DNA of 63,909 bases, filler included, from Octopus bimaculoides (lineage: Eukaryota): NCBI RefSeq assembly GCF_001194135.2. It is 5 parts of 5 records of this genome, joined end to end, with 100 filler letters (N's around TTAATTAATTAA, not from the genome) between each part and the next. Parts side by side here need not be neighbours in the genome. Positions count along the whole stretch, not along the records: positions 39,418 to 54,650 come from NC_069004.1; 4 more parts are not named here. One strand, given 5' to 3'. How positions within the stretch are numbered: position 1 is the stretch's first letter; each line of letters opens with the position of its first letter. Positions 42,161 through 54,750 of this stretch are shown here, piece after piece. Below the pieces are notes generated by a model. That model ran no database searches, was not told the origin of the DNA, and saw only the letters and a program-made list of their open reading frames with translations. The position numbers and the translations under genes were made by a program.

Positions 42161-42682
42161 TATAGTAAGACCTTTTAAACGTCAAATGGCTACGGGCGTC
42201 CACCCGAGTAAAACACGAATCAAAGGAGCCCAAAAGAAAATTGATTCTCGAGAAACACTGTCATGGACTGAAACTGTTTTGTTTCATTCCGAAGAAAACC
42301 TGCGAGTATTTTTCCCAACTCTTTACGTTTTGAGTTCAAATCCCATCGAGGTCAGTTGTGCGTTTCGCCCCTGCAGGGGTGATCAGCTGAAGTACTAAGT
42401 AAATACAGTGATCGATGTAATCGAAATATCCTCTCCACTAAAATTTGCTAAACTTGAACCCTGCAAGGGACAGGTGTCCCCTTAAGAGGGATGTTGTGAT
42501 CTCGGTCTCATAATCGCCACAGTAGTCGAGCACCCGGCTTTACAAATCGTGAGAGTCATGACCAAAGGGATTATTTTACTTTCATATTCACTAGCAATAT
42601 CTTGTTGCAGTGTGGTAAAATGTTTGCTTCTCAACCACATGGTTCTGATTTCAGCTCCATTGCGTGGCACCTTGGACAAGTG

Positions 42683-42719
<37 letters not shown>

Positions 42720-42729
42720 TGTAAAAAAA

Positions 42730-43732
42730 CTACTGTTGACAAAGGCTACGTGGCGTTCAATTATCAAATAAATGAAAAAATGCACATGAAGTACAGGACA
42801 TCAGCAACGAGTGAAAAATTCTTAACCACTCAACGGGGGATAAATACTGGACAAAATACAAAAAGAAGTCTAACCCCTCCTCAGTTGTCGACTGTGATAT
42901 TATTCCTTGTTTCGTGCTTTTAACAACAAGACAGGAAAACTTCATAAGACAGCAGCATCCAGAGATTTTTAAAATATAAAATTTGGGGAAGGTTGTTGAA
43001 CGCCACGCAACCTTTGTCAAGAGTAAGTTTTTATAAATTTCTGCAATTCCACACTCTGTACCTTGCCTAGTTTCTTTTCTTTCTCTCTATCCCTCCATCA
43101 TCCTCTATATTTATTTTTCTCTCCCTCCTTCTTTGCTGTTCCCTGTCTATCTTTCTTTCACTCTCTACTATCTTTCTTTCCGTCTCCCTTCTCCTCACTC
43201 CCGTTGTTTCTTTCCCTCATCTTCTCTCTTATCCTCCCCTTCCCCTATGCCTCTTGCTCACTCGTGACTACAGGCCATTTTTCTTGTCTCTCTGTATTTT
43301 CTGAAATGGATGGCCAAGCCACCTGGACGTCATTTCTCTCGCCTCTCAATATTTTTCCTCTTCTACTACTATTCTATATCCTTTCAAAATTTCTCCCTGA
43401 CGTTACCTATTACAATGGCCTAACAGCTCTAAATATCTGTCTTTGTCAATTGTTTGTTTACTTCCATACGTCCACTGTAGTGTCGTTTGTTTATCCGAAG
43501 CCCTAACCTTCCACAAATTCTATATTTAAAAAATTTCTGGATGCTGCTATCTTATGAAGTATTCCTGTCTTGTCGTTAAAAGCACGAAACAGGGAATAAT
43601 ATCACAGTCGACAACTAAGGAGGGGTTATTCTTTGTTTGATATTTTGTCCCGTACTTATCTCTCGTTGTGTACTTGCGTATTTTTCACTCGATGGTAGTG
43701 TCCTGTTCTTAATGTGTATTTTTTTAATTTAT
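42730..43732. repeat. Long inverted repeat (about 225-bp arms, 42768-42994 and 43505-43732); left arm bracketed by a 25-bp IR
   Basis: Arms align on reverse complement (e.g. CCCCTCCTCAGTTGTCGACTGTGATATTATTCC); IR at 42736-42760 and 42996-43020 matches 23/25. Confidence 0.9.
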
Positions 43733-43764
43733 ATATGTATGTATCTTAGAGTCTGCATTTGTCA

Positions 43765-43950
43765 CCCAGCACTGCTTGCCAACCGGCGTTGTTTTGTTTA
43801 TACCTGTAACTTTAGCCGTTCGGCAAAAGGGAAACTGATCGAATACGTACCAGGCTTTAAAAAATATGTAATGGAGTTCATTTCACACGACTAAAGTTCT
43901 TCAAGGCGATGCCCCAGTATGGCCGCGCTCTAATGAATGAAACATATAAA
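43765..43950 (+). mobile_element. SINE-A 3' half
   Basis: Body and GGCGATGCCCCAGTATGGCCGC tail. Confidence 0.8.
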
Positions 43951-44700
43951 AAGATTAACAAAAGATTAAAGAAAAGAAAAATAATAAACGCATGCTTTTT
44001 GTGAGGCAAAGTAAAATTTTCTAGCTTGAAAATATAATTTTCAGGTTCAAAAATATAATTTTGTGCGTAAAAATATTCAACAAAAATTGTGTGTTTTAAC
44101 AGAAATAATCTGAAACTAATCTAATTAGATANNNNNNNNNNNNNNNNNNNNNNNNNNNNNNNNNNNNNNNNNNNNNNNNNNNNNNNNNNNNNNNNNNNNN
44201 NNNNNNNNNNNNNNNNNNNNNNNNNNNNNNNNNNNNNNNNNNNNNNNNNNNNNNNNNNNNNNNNNNNNNNNNNNNNNNNNNNNNNNNNNNNNNNNNNNNN
44301 NNNNNNNNNNNNNNNNNNNNNNNNNNNNNNNNNNNNNNNNNNNNNNNNNNNNNNNNNNNNNNNNNNNNNNNNNNNNNNNNNNNNNNNNNNNNNNNNNNNN
44401 NNNNNNNNNNNNNNNNNNNNNNNNNNNNNNNNNNNNNNNNNNNNNNNNNNNNNNNNNNNNNNNNNNNNNNNNNNNNNNNNNNNNNNNNNNNNNNNNNNNN
44501 NNNNNNNNNNNNNNNNNNNNNNNNNNNNNNNNNNNNNNNNNNNNNNNNNNNNNNNNNNNNNNNNNNNNNNNNNNNNNNNNNNNNNNNNNNNNNNNNNNNN
44601 NNNNNNNNNNNNNNNNNNNNNNNNNNNNNNNNNNNNNNNNNNNNNNNNNNNNNNNNNNNNNNNNNNNNNNNNNNNNNNNNNNNNNNATATATATATATAT

Positions 44701-44990
44701 AGGAGCAGGGGTGTGGCTGTATGGTAAGTAGCTTGCTTACCAACCACATGGTTCTGGGTTCAGTCCCACTGCGTGGCACCTCTTCTACTATAGCCTCGGG
44801 CCGACCAAAAACTTCTGAGTGGATTTGGTAGACGGAAACCGAAAGAAGCCCGCCGTGTATATATATATATATATGTGTGTGGTGTGTTTGTGTATCTGTG
44901 TTTGTCCCCCAACATCGCTTGAGAAGCGATGTTAGTGTGTTTACGTCCCAGTTGCTTAGAGGTTCGGCGAAAGGGAACGTCCGTTTTTTA
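44701..44990 (+). mobile_element. SINE-A, 3'-truncated
   Basis: Head follows (TA)n; body to GTTCGGCGAAAG. Confidence 0.88.
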
Positions 44991-46149
44991 GGACCGCTTG
45001 TTTCGAAATATATAATCTATCACGTTTTTAGAAATAATCTTCAGCTTTTCTCCCGCTGTGATTCTGAAATATCATGGCATTCTATCTACCGGTCCCTTCT
45101 TTTTAATCCTTGGCGTTTTTATAGATCTTTTGTATCTCTCGGTTCTTTGGTGAACTCGTTTTTCTTGTCAAATGACAGAGTTTAGTTGTAAAATAGTGTT
45201 GTAATTTGACTGACACTTGTTTCTTCGCTCATTTTTTCTTGCAAAAGAGTCATTTAAAGTGTGGGACTTTTTGTCTACACGCAATGAAACCAAGTGGACA
45301 TAATTCAAATATTACATTCCCAGTCTTTGTGTGCATTTTCGATCTCTTGAGAGTATCATGTCTTGCCGTCACTGCACCATCACTCACTTACTGAACCATC
45401 AACATTGTTTACCGAATTATGTGGACTCTCTGTAGCCGCATTCCCATAGTCTTCTCTGTCGTCACTGTCCATCGTCACCAGCAATTTGTGTTTTCTTAAG
45501 AAACAAATTTATCCATTTTGAGTAAATTTTAATTTCAAACGCAAATAACGAACAGCTTGACAAAGTATTAATTAAACTGACTGTTTCAAAATGTCGACTG
45601 AATTAAACAGAAATTGCAATTCAAGGGAGTTAAATTATGCTCCTTGAATTTATGTAAACAAACTTCAAAATAAAAGTTTAACATAAAAAATGTTTTAATA
45701 ACTTATCACTCTAAATTCATTACGTTTATGTATTTGTTTTGCAAGTTGCCTGATGGGAAATCGCGTGTTGAAACAGATTTTGTTATATCTCGGGATGGTC
45801 GTTTTCTTCTTTGTTTTCTGCCAAATAAACACACGCACTACATATTCGTTCATCACTTCAGATTTATTTTATTATCGTTCTTATTTTATGTCCTACGTCT
45901 AGAAATCTCTCGTCACAAATACCTTGACCTCTTCAGCGACTCCCCATCCCACCTTTCTCCTGTTATGTCTAGTTCATTCTGACTTTCTATGGTGTGCATC
46001 CTTATCACTTGCGCATGCGTTAGCGTATCTGTGTGTGTGGGGGGGGGGGTGCTTATTATGCTGATTGTATCTGTAACGTGCATTTAGATTCTTTTTTTAC
46101 CATTTACATACTTATTCATCTCTCTAGCTTTTCCTCATTTCGTCTTAGG

Positions 46150-46552
46150 TATACTCTTTTACTTGTTTCAGTCATGTGACTGTGGCCATTCTGGAGCACT
46201 GCCTTTAGTCGAGCAAATCGACACCAGGACTTATTCTTTGTAAGCCTAGTACTTATTCAATCGCACTCTTTTGCCGAACCGCTACGTTACGGGGACGTAA
46301 ACACACCAGTATCGGTTGTCAAGCGGTGTTGAGGGAACAAACACAGACACACAAACATACAGACACATACATATATATACATATATACGACGGGCTTCTT
46401 TCAGTTTCCGGCTACCAAATCCATTCACAAGGCTTTGGTCGGACCGAGGCTATAGTAGAAGACACTTGCCCAATGTGCCACGCAATGGGACTGAATCCAG
46501 AACCATGTGGTTCGTAAGCAAGCTACTTACCACAAAGCCACTCCTACGCCTA
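46150..46552 (-). mobile_element. SINE-A, full length, young
   Basis: Complete tail, body and head; CpGs retained. Confidence 0.95.
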
Positions 46553-46938
46553 CGTATGTGTATCTCTAACTTTACTGTTCCATTATTTTTAGAGTGGTTT
46601 TATTTTATTGAGAATGGAATAACTGTTCGCTTCAGTCCTCGTCAGTCTTCGAAGTATCTTGCTGAAGGAACACACTGTTGTATATGTTTTAAAGACCATC
46701 GTATTATAACAGCATGCGTAGCAAGAGGCATTTCGAAAATACTGTACGATCTTTATGTTTTACTTCTTGGAGAAAAGATCGGATAGATGGATCGGGTCAG
46801 GTTAGGTTTCTTATATACATATCTGTGCACACTTTGACGGAGACTGTAATCTGTGCTACCCAAGAGCAAGCGCTAAGAACAAACTACATACTGCACTTAT
46901 CACTTTCTGCTGTAGTTTGTTCTTAGTGCTTGCTCTTT

Positions 46939-47046
46939 GAAAGGCAAAGTCCACCTCGGAATATTTGAATTGAGAAAGTAAAGACGGATGAAATGCCGCT
47001 AAGCATTCAACCCGGCGTGCCAACGATACTGCCATATCGCCGCCTT
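46939..47046 (-). mobile_element. SINE-B 5' half
   Basis: Head ends CCGCCTT directly before (AAT)n. Confidence 0.8.
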
Positions 47047-47068
47047 ACTTAATAATAATAATAATAAT

Positions 47069-47660
47069 AAAGCATTTTTTTCTTCATGATCTTTGACAAC
47101 TATATCTGGTCTATTTGCCTTAATTTCTCTATCTGTGTGTATTGGCATATCCCAGAGTATGGTTGCTTTCTCGTTTTCTGTGACCTTTTCTGGCGTGTGT
47201 TTATACCATCTTTCTAATTGATGTATCAATACCAGCAGATGACAACGTTTCNNNNNNNNNNNNNNNNNNNNNNNNNNNNNNNNNNNNNNNNNNNNNNNNN
47301 NNNNNNNNNNNNNNNNNNNNNNNNNNNNNNNNNNNNNNNNNNNNNNNNNNNNNNNNNNNNNNNNNNNNNNNNNNNNNNNNNNNNNNNNNNNNNNNNNNNN
47401 NNNNNNNNNNNNNNNNNNNNNNNNNNNNNNNAGACAAATACATAACAAAAACACCAGGACTTACAAATATATATAACATACAGAAAATTGCACTACTGGG
47501 TACTGCACACATTCTACGCAAAACATTTTCAATACAGTAAACATAAGAGCACCACAGCAAACCACAGCACATACCCAAGGTGCACAGAGCTGCGCTCGGT
47601 AGTGAAGTGAAAGCACGTTATAAAAATAAAACTACTGAACAATAATAATAATAATAATAA
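47069..47660 (+). mobile_element. R4/Dong LINE 3' piece with inverted 5' segment (47069-47214 on minus)
   Basis: Minus: RWYKHTPEKV..LWDMPIHTDREIKANRPDIVVKDHEEK; plus from 47211: LIDVSIPADDNVS, gap, DKYITK..QKIALLGTAHILRK..Q*, 3' UTR, (AAT)n. Confidence 0.88.
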
Positions 47661-48288
47661 TTGTCACGATAGGGTAGGACAGTATTTGCATTGGAAAATA
47701 TGTAGGCACTAAAAAATCAGCACTCCTGCTTATTGGTATGAACATCATCCTGAGCCAGTTGTTGAAGGTAAAAATGTCACTATCTTCTGGGATCTTGCAG
47801 ACAACACCGACAGAACGATCCAGGCTAATCGACCAGACATAATTATTAAAGACGAAAGAAAATTCTTGTAGATTAATTGAGTTAAGTGTTTCCACTGAGA
47901 AAAATATATCTGTAAAGGATTTTGACAAATTAAATAAATACAAGGACCTAGAAATTGAAATACAAAATATGTAGCATCTTAAAGCGAGAACTGTTCCTGT
48001 TATTGTAGATGGCCTGGCTGTGATTAAAAAATTGGGGTGTCAGAAACATTTAGGTAATATCCCAGGATAACCATGTCTCAGAGAAATTCGAAAGATTGTG
48101 CAGACAAGTACGGCCCACATCCTTAGAAAACCTATCCATTTAAATGCAAATATTTCGCTACTCCCCCTGACATTTCTCCTCCCCAACCTTTCAGTCAAAC
48201 TGTAACATCTTTTATCCTTCACTCACCTCACGAGGGCTGAGTGTATCTCAGCAAGTGATTGTAACAGACATGCAGATTAAAAGTTTAA

Positions 48289-48370
<82 letters not shown>
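47661..48370 (+). mobile_element. Second R4/Dong LINE 3' piece, 5'-truncated, (AAT)n tail
   Basis: HDRVGQYLHWKIC..WYEHHPEPV..IFWD..TDRTIQANRPDII..KYKDLEIEI..PVIV..TAHILRK; tail 48290-48370. Confidence 0.9.
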
Positions 48371-48485
48371 GTCTGTTTCTGTGTCTCCATAACTATTCGT
48401 TTGTGTTTATGTATCTGCGCAGATATGATGGATAAGAAAATATAAAAAAAACAAATATCGATAATATAAACGAAAATATATACCT

Positions 48486-48529
<44 letters not shown>

Positions 48530-48539
48530 NNNNNNNNNN

Positions 48540-48583
<44 letters not shown>

Positions 48584-49331
48584 CCTAGATACATACAAAG
48601 TATTTCTCTTTCCTAAATCTGGCACGAATAAACTGAAGTGGTTAAAAGTGGAACTAAAGACAATTTCTGTCATTCGGGTTGACAGAATTAGTAAGTTAAG
48701 CCGAAGCCATTGAATGGTAATCGCTGGAACTTCAAGAAAGTTACCATAGCACCGACGAAGAAAAAAAATAAACAAAGCGAGAAAAAATCAAACGAAAAAA
48801 GAAACAGAAAAGTCTTTTGACGACCATGTTGTATCATTTACGGTTTTTGTATTTCCGTTTCAATATTTAAGAGAGTTAGATCTTCTTTCTCCATGATATG
48901 TATTATCGCTTACATTTATAAGTGAATTGCTAACTGATGTTTATGTGTCCCTGTCTAGCTTGAGATATCTTCCTCACTCCCTCTAAATATGGGCTTGTGT
49001 AAATGTGTGTGTATATGTGTGTGTATGTGTTTGTGTATGTATATGTATATGTATGAGTGTGTCTGTGCGTGTGTGCTATATGTACACGCACAGGTATGTG
49101 TAAATATAATTATTTCTTAAGAATTATGTAGAGTACATATGCATTTCGAAACGTCGAGTTAGAATAGAGGCAGCTGATGAATAATTCCAAGTGGCTTTCT
49201 GTTTTCCTATGTGTTCGTTCCGTTGTCTGTAGTTCATTGTTCTAACGTCCTGTACCCTGATATGCATCTATATACACATGTAGATGAAAGTATATACATA
49301 TATGTGTGTATACATGCATATATATTTTTTG

Positions 49332-49373
<42 letters not shown>

Positions 49374-49454
49374 TACACATGTGTAATATATATGTAATAT
49401 ATGTATATGCAATATATATATATTACATGTATTACATATGTATGTACGTGTACA

Positions 49455-49461
49455 TACAGAC

Positions 49462-49536
<75 letters not shown>

Positions 49537-49616
49537 CAGATTGATTGATTGATTGATTGTTCGATAGCATGATTGATTGATTGATTGTTAGATAGCATGA
49601 TTGATTGTTCGATAGC

Positions 49617-49705
<89 letters not shown>

Positions 49706-49708
49706 AGC

Positions 49709-49743
<35 letters not shown>
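49455..49743. repeat. Compound (GATA)n(GATT)n microsatellite
   Basis: Direct reading. Confidence 0.97.
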
Positions 49744-49745
<2 letters not shown>

Positions 49746-51417
49746 ACACATGTGTACGTATATCACGTATATCACAGAACAACCGGATATCTAACCAGTT
49801 AGAAACAGTTCAGTTGTAGGGTGCTGATTTTGCTTCTTTTAGCGTCTGTGTGTCTGTCTGTGTGAGTGTGTGTATGTGTATGTGTGTGTCTGTGCACACA
49901 AACATGTATATACATACATATATTCATATCGTTAAGCTGTCGTATGTCCAAATTTGGCCAATGCGCTTTTTGTTTTTTTTTCAATATTTATTTTGCATGC
50001 AATAGCCGGTTCTTTTGATCAAAGTATCTTATCTCCAGCTGCTTCAGATGAAAATTGTCAAAGTGTAGTACAACGGTTTAGTGTTTTTCAAAAGTGTAGT
50101 AAGTCCCACATACGACAGTTTTGCAAAAATATTTCTCACTGAAAATCTCATACATGAATGGAGTTACAATTTTATGCACCCAACAAACTATTATTGTTAA
50201 GCTGAAACTGTTGCTAATGTAAAAAGAAATGGAATGGTGAAACTGTTTTTTTCATTTTTTTGAAAAAGCAATGTTTTGGACTTACGACACTTTTGCATAC
50301 TAGCAACGAGATGTGTGTGTGTGGCGAGCTGGTAGAAATGATAGCATGCCGGGCAAAATGCTTANNNNNNNNNNNNNNNNNNNNNNNNNNNNNNNNNNNN
50401 NNNNNNNNNNNNNNNNNNNNNNNNNNNNNNNNNNNNNNNNNNNNNNNNNNNNNNNNNNNNNNNNNNNNNNNNNNNNNNNNNNNNNNNNNNNNNNNNNNNN
50501 NNNNNNNNNNNNNNNNNNNNNNNNNNNNNNNNNNNNNNNNNNNNNNNNNNNNNNNNNNNNNNNNNNNNNNNNNNNNNNNNNNNNNNNNNNNNNNNNNNNN
50601 NNNNNNNNNNNNNNNNNNNNNNNNNNNNNNNNNNNNNNNNNNNNNNNNNNNNNNNNNNNNNNNNNNNNNNNNNNNNNNNNNNNNNNNNNNNNNNNNNNNN
50701 NNNNNNNNNNNNNNNNNNNNNNNNNNNNNNNNNNNNNNNNNNNNNNNNNNNNNNNNNNNNNNNNNNNNNNNNNNNNNNNNNNNNNNNNNNNTATATACAT
50801 ATATATATATAGAAGTGTATGCATGCGTGTATGCTTATCTCTCAAGGTATGTCTATAGGGGCAGGTATGACTAATTAATAAACTCGCTTGCAGCCATGTG
50901 GTTTCAAGTTCAATCCTATTACCTTGTATCATGCCGAAATGTATTCTGCGATAACTGCGGGCCTACCAATGCATTGTGAACAAATTTTGTAGGAGGCTGT
51001 GTGGAAGCCCACAACATGTATGTGTCTGTGTGCCCGCGCGTATGTGCGTGTATGTGTCCATGTGTGTGTATTTGACCCACACACATATATATACATACCT
51101 AATGGGCTTCTGCACAGTTTTCGTCTCCCAATCACTTGCAAGGCATTGCTCGACATGGTAGTGCCTACCTGGGTCAACAGAGCGAGGAGGTCTGATGTTG
51201 ATAGGCCTCAAAACCCGTGGGACCTCAGAAATGTCATTGATGATGCATCCAAGTGCATCCCCGAGATGCATCTTGTAACTCAGTTGAACGTCTCCAGCCC
51301 AAGAGATAAGACCTGAAATTTAGTTGCTATTTTTAGCAGATTGAGTGACCACATTGTGACACGCCAATTGTATGGTGCATGACGAGTATTTCACTGTTCT
51401 CGTATATCTTTCAGTTG

Positions 51418-51600
51418 AAGGCGGTTAACTAGCAGAATAGTTCGCATGCCGGACAAAATATTTAGCGGTATTTCTTCCGAAGCTTATATCTAGAGTTCAA
51501 ATTTCACTACGGTCAATTTCGCCTCTGATCCTTTCGGGGTCGATGTAACCGACTCATTCCACCCCACCAAATTGCTGGCCTCGAGCCAAAATTTGAAACC
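51418..51600 (+). mobile_element. SINE-B
   Basis: AAGGCGG..GCAGAATAGTT, GAGTTCAAATTTC, CCTTTCGGGGTCGA. Confidence 0.8.
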
Positions 51601-52184
51601 GCTATATTTCTGAACTGAACGTCGCTAGTTATCAGAGTTCAGGTATTAATAGCAGTAGAGTGGCTGTTATTTCTAGCAGATCGAATGACTACACTGTGGC
51701 TTCCCAGTTAGATGATGTCTGACGTATATTTTTCCGATATATTCCTCAGCTAAATGTTTCCGATGACCAGAGCCCAATAGTTAACAGTAGCAACATCAGA
51801 GCCAGAGAGAGAGAGAAAGGAAGATGTGATAGAAATAGATGAAAAGCAGAAGGTTGTCTAATTTACCAATATATTAAGTGTTCAATTATTCCAGATCGAT
51901 GTGATTGATGTCTTCAGTCTGTGATAAAACAGCTTCAGAGAGCAAATGATCTTACTGTTGAGGTAAAGTCTGTTATTTGTAACTAAAATCAGGAGAAAAG
52001 GTGGCGGGAAGGAAAACACTGGAAATTACCGGTCTCATTCGTTGAAAGCCACAGAGGAAAGAAGAAGGAACGCTTACGGCGAGTTAAGCCATGTGTACTT
52101 AGTTTCACATTGTTAAATACGCTGCTACGGATAAATGGTGGTCAGCTCGGTGGCAGCACAGACGGCAATTGAATAGACAACTAA

Positions 52185-52758
52185 CCACTATGCATTGCGT
52201 TACTCTAGTGCTTGCATGGCACAATAGTATGAACATGAACCTAGTAAAGTGCTAGAAAGTAAGAAATATAAGATGTTCTGGGACTTTAATATTCAGATTG
52301 ACAGAGTAATAGAAGCTACAAGGCCTGATTTAGTAGTAGTAGATAAAGTGAATAGAAAGTGCCAGATAAATGATTTTACAGTCCCAAATGATGAAAAAAT
52401 CAATATGAGAAGTATAGAGAAAATAGCAAAGCACCAGGACCTAGCCATTGAATTACAGAGACTATGGAAAGTGCGGGTGAAATGCATCCCAGTAGTTATA
52501 GGTGCATTAGGAACTATCCCTAAAGATTTGAACAGGTGGATAGAGGCATAAAACCCAGTTTAGTACAACTTCAAATAACAGTGTTATTAGGGAGAGCCAG
52601 GATACTTAAGAAGGTTCTTGGCATCTAAAGTTACTTGTTGTAGCCCTATGTTAGGATTATTTCTTTTCCAACAGTCTAATCTGTTGCGTGTATACAATAA
52701 TAACAATAATAATAATAGTAATAATAATAATAATAGTAATAATAATAATAATAATAAT
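52185..52758 (+). mobile_element. R4/Dong LINE 3' piece (RLE domain), (AAT)n tail
   Basis: ORF 52249-52551: YEHEPSKVLES..FWDFNIQIDRVIEATRPDLVVVDK..P.D..EKI.K.QDLAIELQRLW..IPVVIGALG; frameshifted end ..ARILKKVLGI*. Confidence 0.92.
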
Positions 52759-52969
52759 CCTTTCTATTATAGGCACAAGACCTGAAATTCGGATGAGGAG
52801 GATAGTCGATTACATCGACCCCAGTACTCAACTGGTACTTAATTTATCGACTCCGAAGAGATGAAAGGCAAAGTCTACCTCGGCGCAATTTGAACTCAGA
52901 CCGTAGTGGCAGACGAAATACCGCTAAGTATTTCGCCCGGCGTGCTAACGATTCTGCAAGCTCGCCGCC

Positions 52970-52971
<2 letters not shown>
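52759..52971 (-). mobile_element. SINE-B, full length, (AAT)n on both sides
   Basis: Complete copy between tracts 52696-52758 and 52972-53037. Confidence 0.95.
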
Positions 52972-53066
<95 letters not shown>

Positions 53067-53104
53067 CGTTAGCAGTGTGCGCGTGTGCCTGAGTGTGTGT
53101 CTAT

Positions 53105-53335
53105 GTCATTGAGTTCGTGTTTGTCCCCCACCACCGCTTGACATCCGATGTTGATTTGCTTACATCCGAATAACATAGTGTTTCAATGAAAGCGACAAAT
53201 AGAATAAGTGCCAGACTTTAAAAAAAAGGAAACTAATAAGTCCTGGGATCGATTTATTCGACTGAAGACCTATGAAGGCGATGCCCCAACATGGCTGCAG
53301 TCCAATAACTGAAACAAGTAAAAGATAAAAAAATA
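53105..53335 (+). mobile_element. SINE-A 3' half
   Basis: GTTTGTCCCCCACCACCGCTTGAC..GAAACAAGTAAAAGATAAAA. Confidence 0.85.
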
Positions 53336-53599
53336 TATAAACCAATAAAATTGAAACACTTAACCCAGTCCATATAGTTGTGAATGGCTGCCTTGTTAAC
53401 TTCGTCAATCTTGTTAACGAGACACTTGAAAATGATACAGCGTTCTTAATTCGTAGCTCACCGCTGTGAGTTTACAAGGACTGTCTATGTACTATTTACA
53501 AGTATCTCGTTAGCGTAACGTTTGCTAATTGTGCAATGTGTGTCAATTATTAAGAATTCGGTTTATCACTGATACTTTTAATTGGTTAATACACAACCA

Positions 53600-54022
53600 T
53601 TAGTTCCGCTCGAGATTCTACCCAAGATTTTGGTGGAGCGGGGTCTAGTGGAACTTTATTTTATCGACCTCGAAAACATAAAAGGTAAAGTTTACTTCGG
53701 TGAAAACTGACCACAGAAAGTAAATCCGAAAGAAATGCGGCTAAACATTTTGTCCGGTGTACTAACGGTTCTGCCAACTCGCAGATTATTACTCGAAAGT
53801 ATTTAAAGGTAAAGTCGACCTCGGTGAAAACTAGGCCGGAAGAAATGTTGCTAAGCATTTTGTCCGGCGTACTAAAGGTTCTGCCAGCTTGCAGGTTATT
53901 GCTCGGAAGTACGAAAGGTAAAGTCGACCTCAGTGAAAATTGAACATGGAAAGTGAAGCCGGAAGAAATGCTACTAAGCATTTTGTCCGGCATGCTAATG
54001 GTTCAGTTAGCTCGAAGGTTAA
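53600..54022 (-). repeat. Tandem trimer of SINE-B head (units start 53684, 53808, 53917)
   Basis: Each unit GGTAAAGT..CCTCGGTGAAAA..AAGCATTTTGTCCGG..TTCTGCCA.CT.GCAG.TTATT. Confidence 0.85.
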
Positions 54023-54608
54023 TACATAATAAAACAACAGTGACAAGTTAGCAATTTCAAATTCCACAGGTGAGTGGGCAGTTATTATGTGCTACATCTC
54101 TCGCAGACAATTTAAGTAATTGGAAGATCGATTTAATCAACCGTAATCAGAATTAATACTTCCACACGGCCCTTGGGTAACTTTTAGTGCCGTCCATTCC
54201 GTTAAAGATACCTGGGCATGGTCTTCGGTCTGAGGAGATATGATATAATATTACATACTTTGTATATATATATGATACAAAGATAATAAACAAAACACAC
54301 AGTCGAGGTAGAAAATATCAACAAACAGGAAACAGGGTATATTAAGTGTACGCCAAGGAAAAATTAGAAGTCACTTACATTTTGAACATATGCTTTTCTA
54401 CTGAATGGACGTGGAGTGGAAAACAGAGAGCAGGAAAAAAAACAAACAAACGTGTGTGAATTAGATGCTCACCGCATACTGAAGTGACCGGAGAAGGAAG
54501 AGGACTCTAGACGCATGAATGACATGGATGACAGTTGTGAAGTTGACTTGAGGCGTGGATGGCATTTATACATACATACACACACACACACATATATGTA
54601 TATAAATA

Positions 54609-54644
<36 letters not shown>

Positions 54645-54750
54645 TATTTANNNNNNNNNNNNNNNNNNNNNNNNNNNNNNNNNNNNNNNNNNNNTTAATT
54701 AATTAANNNNNNNNNNNNNNNNNNNNNNNNNNNNNNNNNNNNNNNNNNNN

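Noticed and set aside
41133-46020. NRF1-like TGCGCATGCGT sites at 41142 and 46009
   Set aside because: Isolated, no CpG island or transcription start evidence; both share a TATCACTT flank, suggesting a repeat
49145-49190. GAAACGTC...CTGATGA as a hammerhead ribozyme
   Set aside because: Required stems do not pair
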